Below, one piece after another: positions 61,975 through 64,000 of a stretch of 64,000 nt of DNA. Source of the DNA: an uncultured archaeon (GTDB taxonomy: Archaea > Thermoproteota > Bathyarchaeia > Bathyarchaeales > Bathycorpusculaceae); the NCBI GenBank assembly GCA_963810275.1, contig CAWENF010000002.1, positions 158,654 through 222,653 of the forward strand. The letters run 5' to 3'. How positions within the stretch are numbered: the stretch's first letter is position 1; the number at the start of each line of letters is the position of its first letter. The notes under the pieces were generated by a model. That model ran no database searches. It worked only from the letters and a program-made list of their open reading frames with translations, and had not been told where the DNA came from. The translations under genes were made by a program, and so were the position numbers.

Positions 61975-62874
61975 TCAAAGTACGGCTTTTAAAAAATCTG
62001 CCAAATCCATTGCTTTTATATCAGAATTACAGTGTTCACATTTGCGCAAAGAGTCTAAAGTAGTACTTTGATTAACTTTTAGTTTGCCACCACAAAAAGG
62101 ACAACGATATACCGCAACAATCCCGCCATCTTGAACTTGTTTTAAAAGCGAGTTAAGATCAATTGAAACATTGGTGTTTTTTACCAATATATGCCTGTCT
62201 TGTTGCCGAAGTTCTCTTGACTTTTCGTACATGTGCAGTTCTTCAAATATTCTTGCTGAATCTTGAGTTCTACCACATTTTTCAAGATTATCAGCCAAAG
62301 CAATTTTAGCTCTACGATAAAATTCGGTGTACTGTACACAATATTGATTTTTCTTTTCGCCTTCTATTGGAAATATTGGACAATCGTTGGTGTTGTGGTC
62401 AATGCTGTTTTTGATTTTGCCTTTATAGTGCTCCGTTATGGTATTTAGAATCGCAATGTCCCATGCCTTTAGTGAATTTCTGTTGAAATTGTATATGTCT
62501 GTCCCTATGTAGTCGCTCAATCGAAACAAGTACACGTTTTTCCAGAAATCATCGTAACATTGACTTGAACAAAAATTAGTTGATTCATATTCAAATGAAC
62601 TATCTCTAAATGCAAGACGTCCATACTTGTCGGAGACACATTTTCTACAAGATATTCTTCCACAAAACGCACATATGCGGTCGGCTTTAAAGAATAGTCC
62701 AGTTGCACCACATGAAGGACAGCTAGAAGGCTTCTTGGGTTGCTTAGTAGGGGCTTTAATGGGTGTACTAACTGTTTTTTCTTTGCCAAGATACCATTCT
62801 TTGGCGCTTTTGAAACTATCAGAGGGGGTTTCAGATTTGCCCAAAAACCAATCTTTGCGCTTACCCATATTCAA
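61975..62874 (-). CDS. Multi-zinc-finger protein
   Basis: CPSC, CAFC..CRKC, FCSSQC, C-terminal CPFC..CEHC. Confidence 0.75.
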   Translation of the reverse strand: MNMGKRKDWFLGKSETPSDSFKSAKEWYLGKEKTVSTPIKAPTKQPKKPSSCPSCGATGLFFKADRICAFCGRISCRKCVSDKYGRLAFRDSSFEYESTNFCSSQCYDDFWKNVYLFRLSDYIGTDIYNFNRNSLKAWDIAILNTITEHYKGKIKNSIDHNTNDCPIFPIEGEKKNQYCVQYTEFYRRAKIALADNLEKCGRTQDSARIFEELHMYEKSRELRQQDRHILVKNTNVSIDLNSLLKQVQDGGIVAVYRCPFCGGKLKVNQSTTLDSLRKCEHCNSDIKAMDLADFLKAVL

Positions 62875-63162
62875 CCCTTTTCAGTGTATTAAATCAGTTT
62901 TTAAATCTTGCTCTAAAGAATTATTTAAGGAGCAGACGCTCACACAATTATTAACACATTTAGTTTGTACACACCAAGCCACCTCACACAGTTATTACAG
63001 AAAAAAACCAAGACACCCGGAAAACAATTAGAAACCCCCTCAGGATTTATTGTGACATAATCTGCTTTTTGATATATTGCAAATTTGAGCCTAAATCTGT
63101 TATATAGCGATCACCATCCAAGTATTTAGACATCAGACATAGGAAAGGAGAAATAAAACAAC

Positions 63163-63777
63163 ATGAACACCAAACAACTCGAAGCAAAACTCAGAACAAA
63201 AATAACAGAAACAGAACCCACACTTGACATAGCAGGCGTAGACAAAAAAGTCTTCGACGTAGCACTACAAGACCTCCACAACTACATAAAATTCCTCACC
63301 AAACCAACAAAAACAGAAAACCCCCAATACCCCCAAACAATAGATGAACTACTCCAAGAAGACCCCAAAGAAATCGATGCAGTCCTATCAGTCTGGCTGG
63401 GTCTTTGGCTTAAGAAATGGAAACAACGATTCAATCTCCTCATCAACCCAAAAATAAACCCCTTCTCAGGCAAAGCAGCAGAAAGAGCAGAAAAAATGCA
63501 AGAACTCTGGCTCCAGTTTGAATCCAGAGATGAACTCAAAGAAATTGTGGTCTTAGAATTGATAAGAAACGCCGAAATCTGCGGAACCGAACTCATCTCA
63601 GAAAGCATTATAAAAACAGAATTAACCAAGCAAAAAACCCAAGACCACAACAGCAAAGCATCATCCCTAGCGCTCCTAACAAGCACTCTGCGTCAGGCAA
63701 GAGAGTTATCTCAAAAAGTAGGTCCTCTGGTTTCAATAAAGATTGACAAAGACTATTACTGCCAAGTCAACCCCTAA
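63163..63777 (+). CDS. Hypothetical helical protein
   Basis: 204 aa, AAGGAG RBS, TATA-like TTATATA near 63100. Confidence 0.7.
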   Translation: MNTKQLEAKLRTKITETEPTLDIAGVDKKVFDVALQDLHNYIKFLTKPTKTENPQYPQTIDELLQEDPKEIDAVLSVWLGLWLKKWKQRFNLLINPKINPFSGKAAERAEKMQELWLQFESRDELKEIVVLELIRNAEICGTELISESIIKTELTKQKTQDHNSKASSLALLTSTLRQARELSQKVGPLVSIKIDKDYYCQVNP

Positions 63778-64000
63778 AACCCACCGCAACTTATCTCACA
63801 TATTTGCAACTAAATGTATGGAACATTTTGAAAACAGAAAAAATAAAAATACTCTTTTTACCATGTCACAGCTTCTCCGAAGTGGAGACACCGGTTTTTA
63901 ATTATTTTCCCTTTTCTACAGCTGTCAATACTTGGGCAACCCACAAATAAAAAAACCAACCTATGTAAAGACAACAAATAATTGCCTAATCAAATCACTT

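Noticed and set aside
431-63686. Numerous short antisense or nested ORFs in the track (e.g. 431-637, 7773-8621, 13036-14184, 18699-19058, 63282-63686)
   Set aside because: Shadow ORFs opposite or inside well-supported genes, with no independent coding evidence.
63872-63895. ORB-like origin box (TCCGAAGTGGAGAC)
   Set aside because: Single poor match without the G-string and no cdc6/orc1 in the window.

Overview
Archaeal chromosome segment, most consistent with Bathyarchaeia (inferred from gene families, TATA/BRE promoters and three paralogous membrane-anchored PQQ-like beta-propeller genes). Many genes are broken by single-base indels, densest at 45.5-59 kb, which suggests long-read error, so frameshift-based claims need read-level checks. 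Contents in order: Cache protein, alpha/beta hydrolase, PLP decarboxylase; two convergent propeller genes with a membrane protein and wHTH regulator upstream; APC permease, DUF523/DUF1722, hsp20 plus ArsR-type regulator; a 13-kb divergent envelope locus (MacB/LolCDE-like ABC, split DUF1616, DUF4129, DUF4350, MoxR, DUF58); a third propeller, vapBC, regulators and UbiA; an accessory region (38.8-45.5 kb) with three copies of a ~120-bp repeat and a phage-type ABC ATPase/GNAT pair with a -1 frameshift signal; and a glycan biosynthesis island. Best candidate for something new: a duplicated non-coding hairpin 3' of a propeller gene that folds into a bulge-helix-bulge (splicing endonuclease) motif, encloses sequence complementary to propeller ribosome-binding sites, and has one copy behind its own promoter with an operator built like that of the propeller gene. 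No tRNA, rRNA, CRISPR array or intact transposase was recognised.
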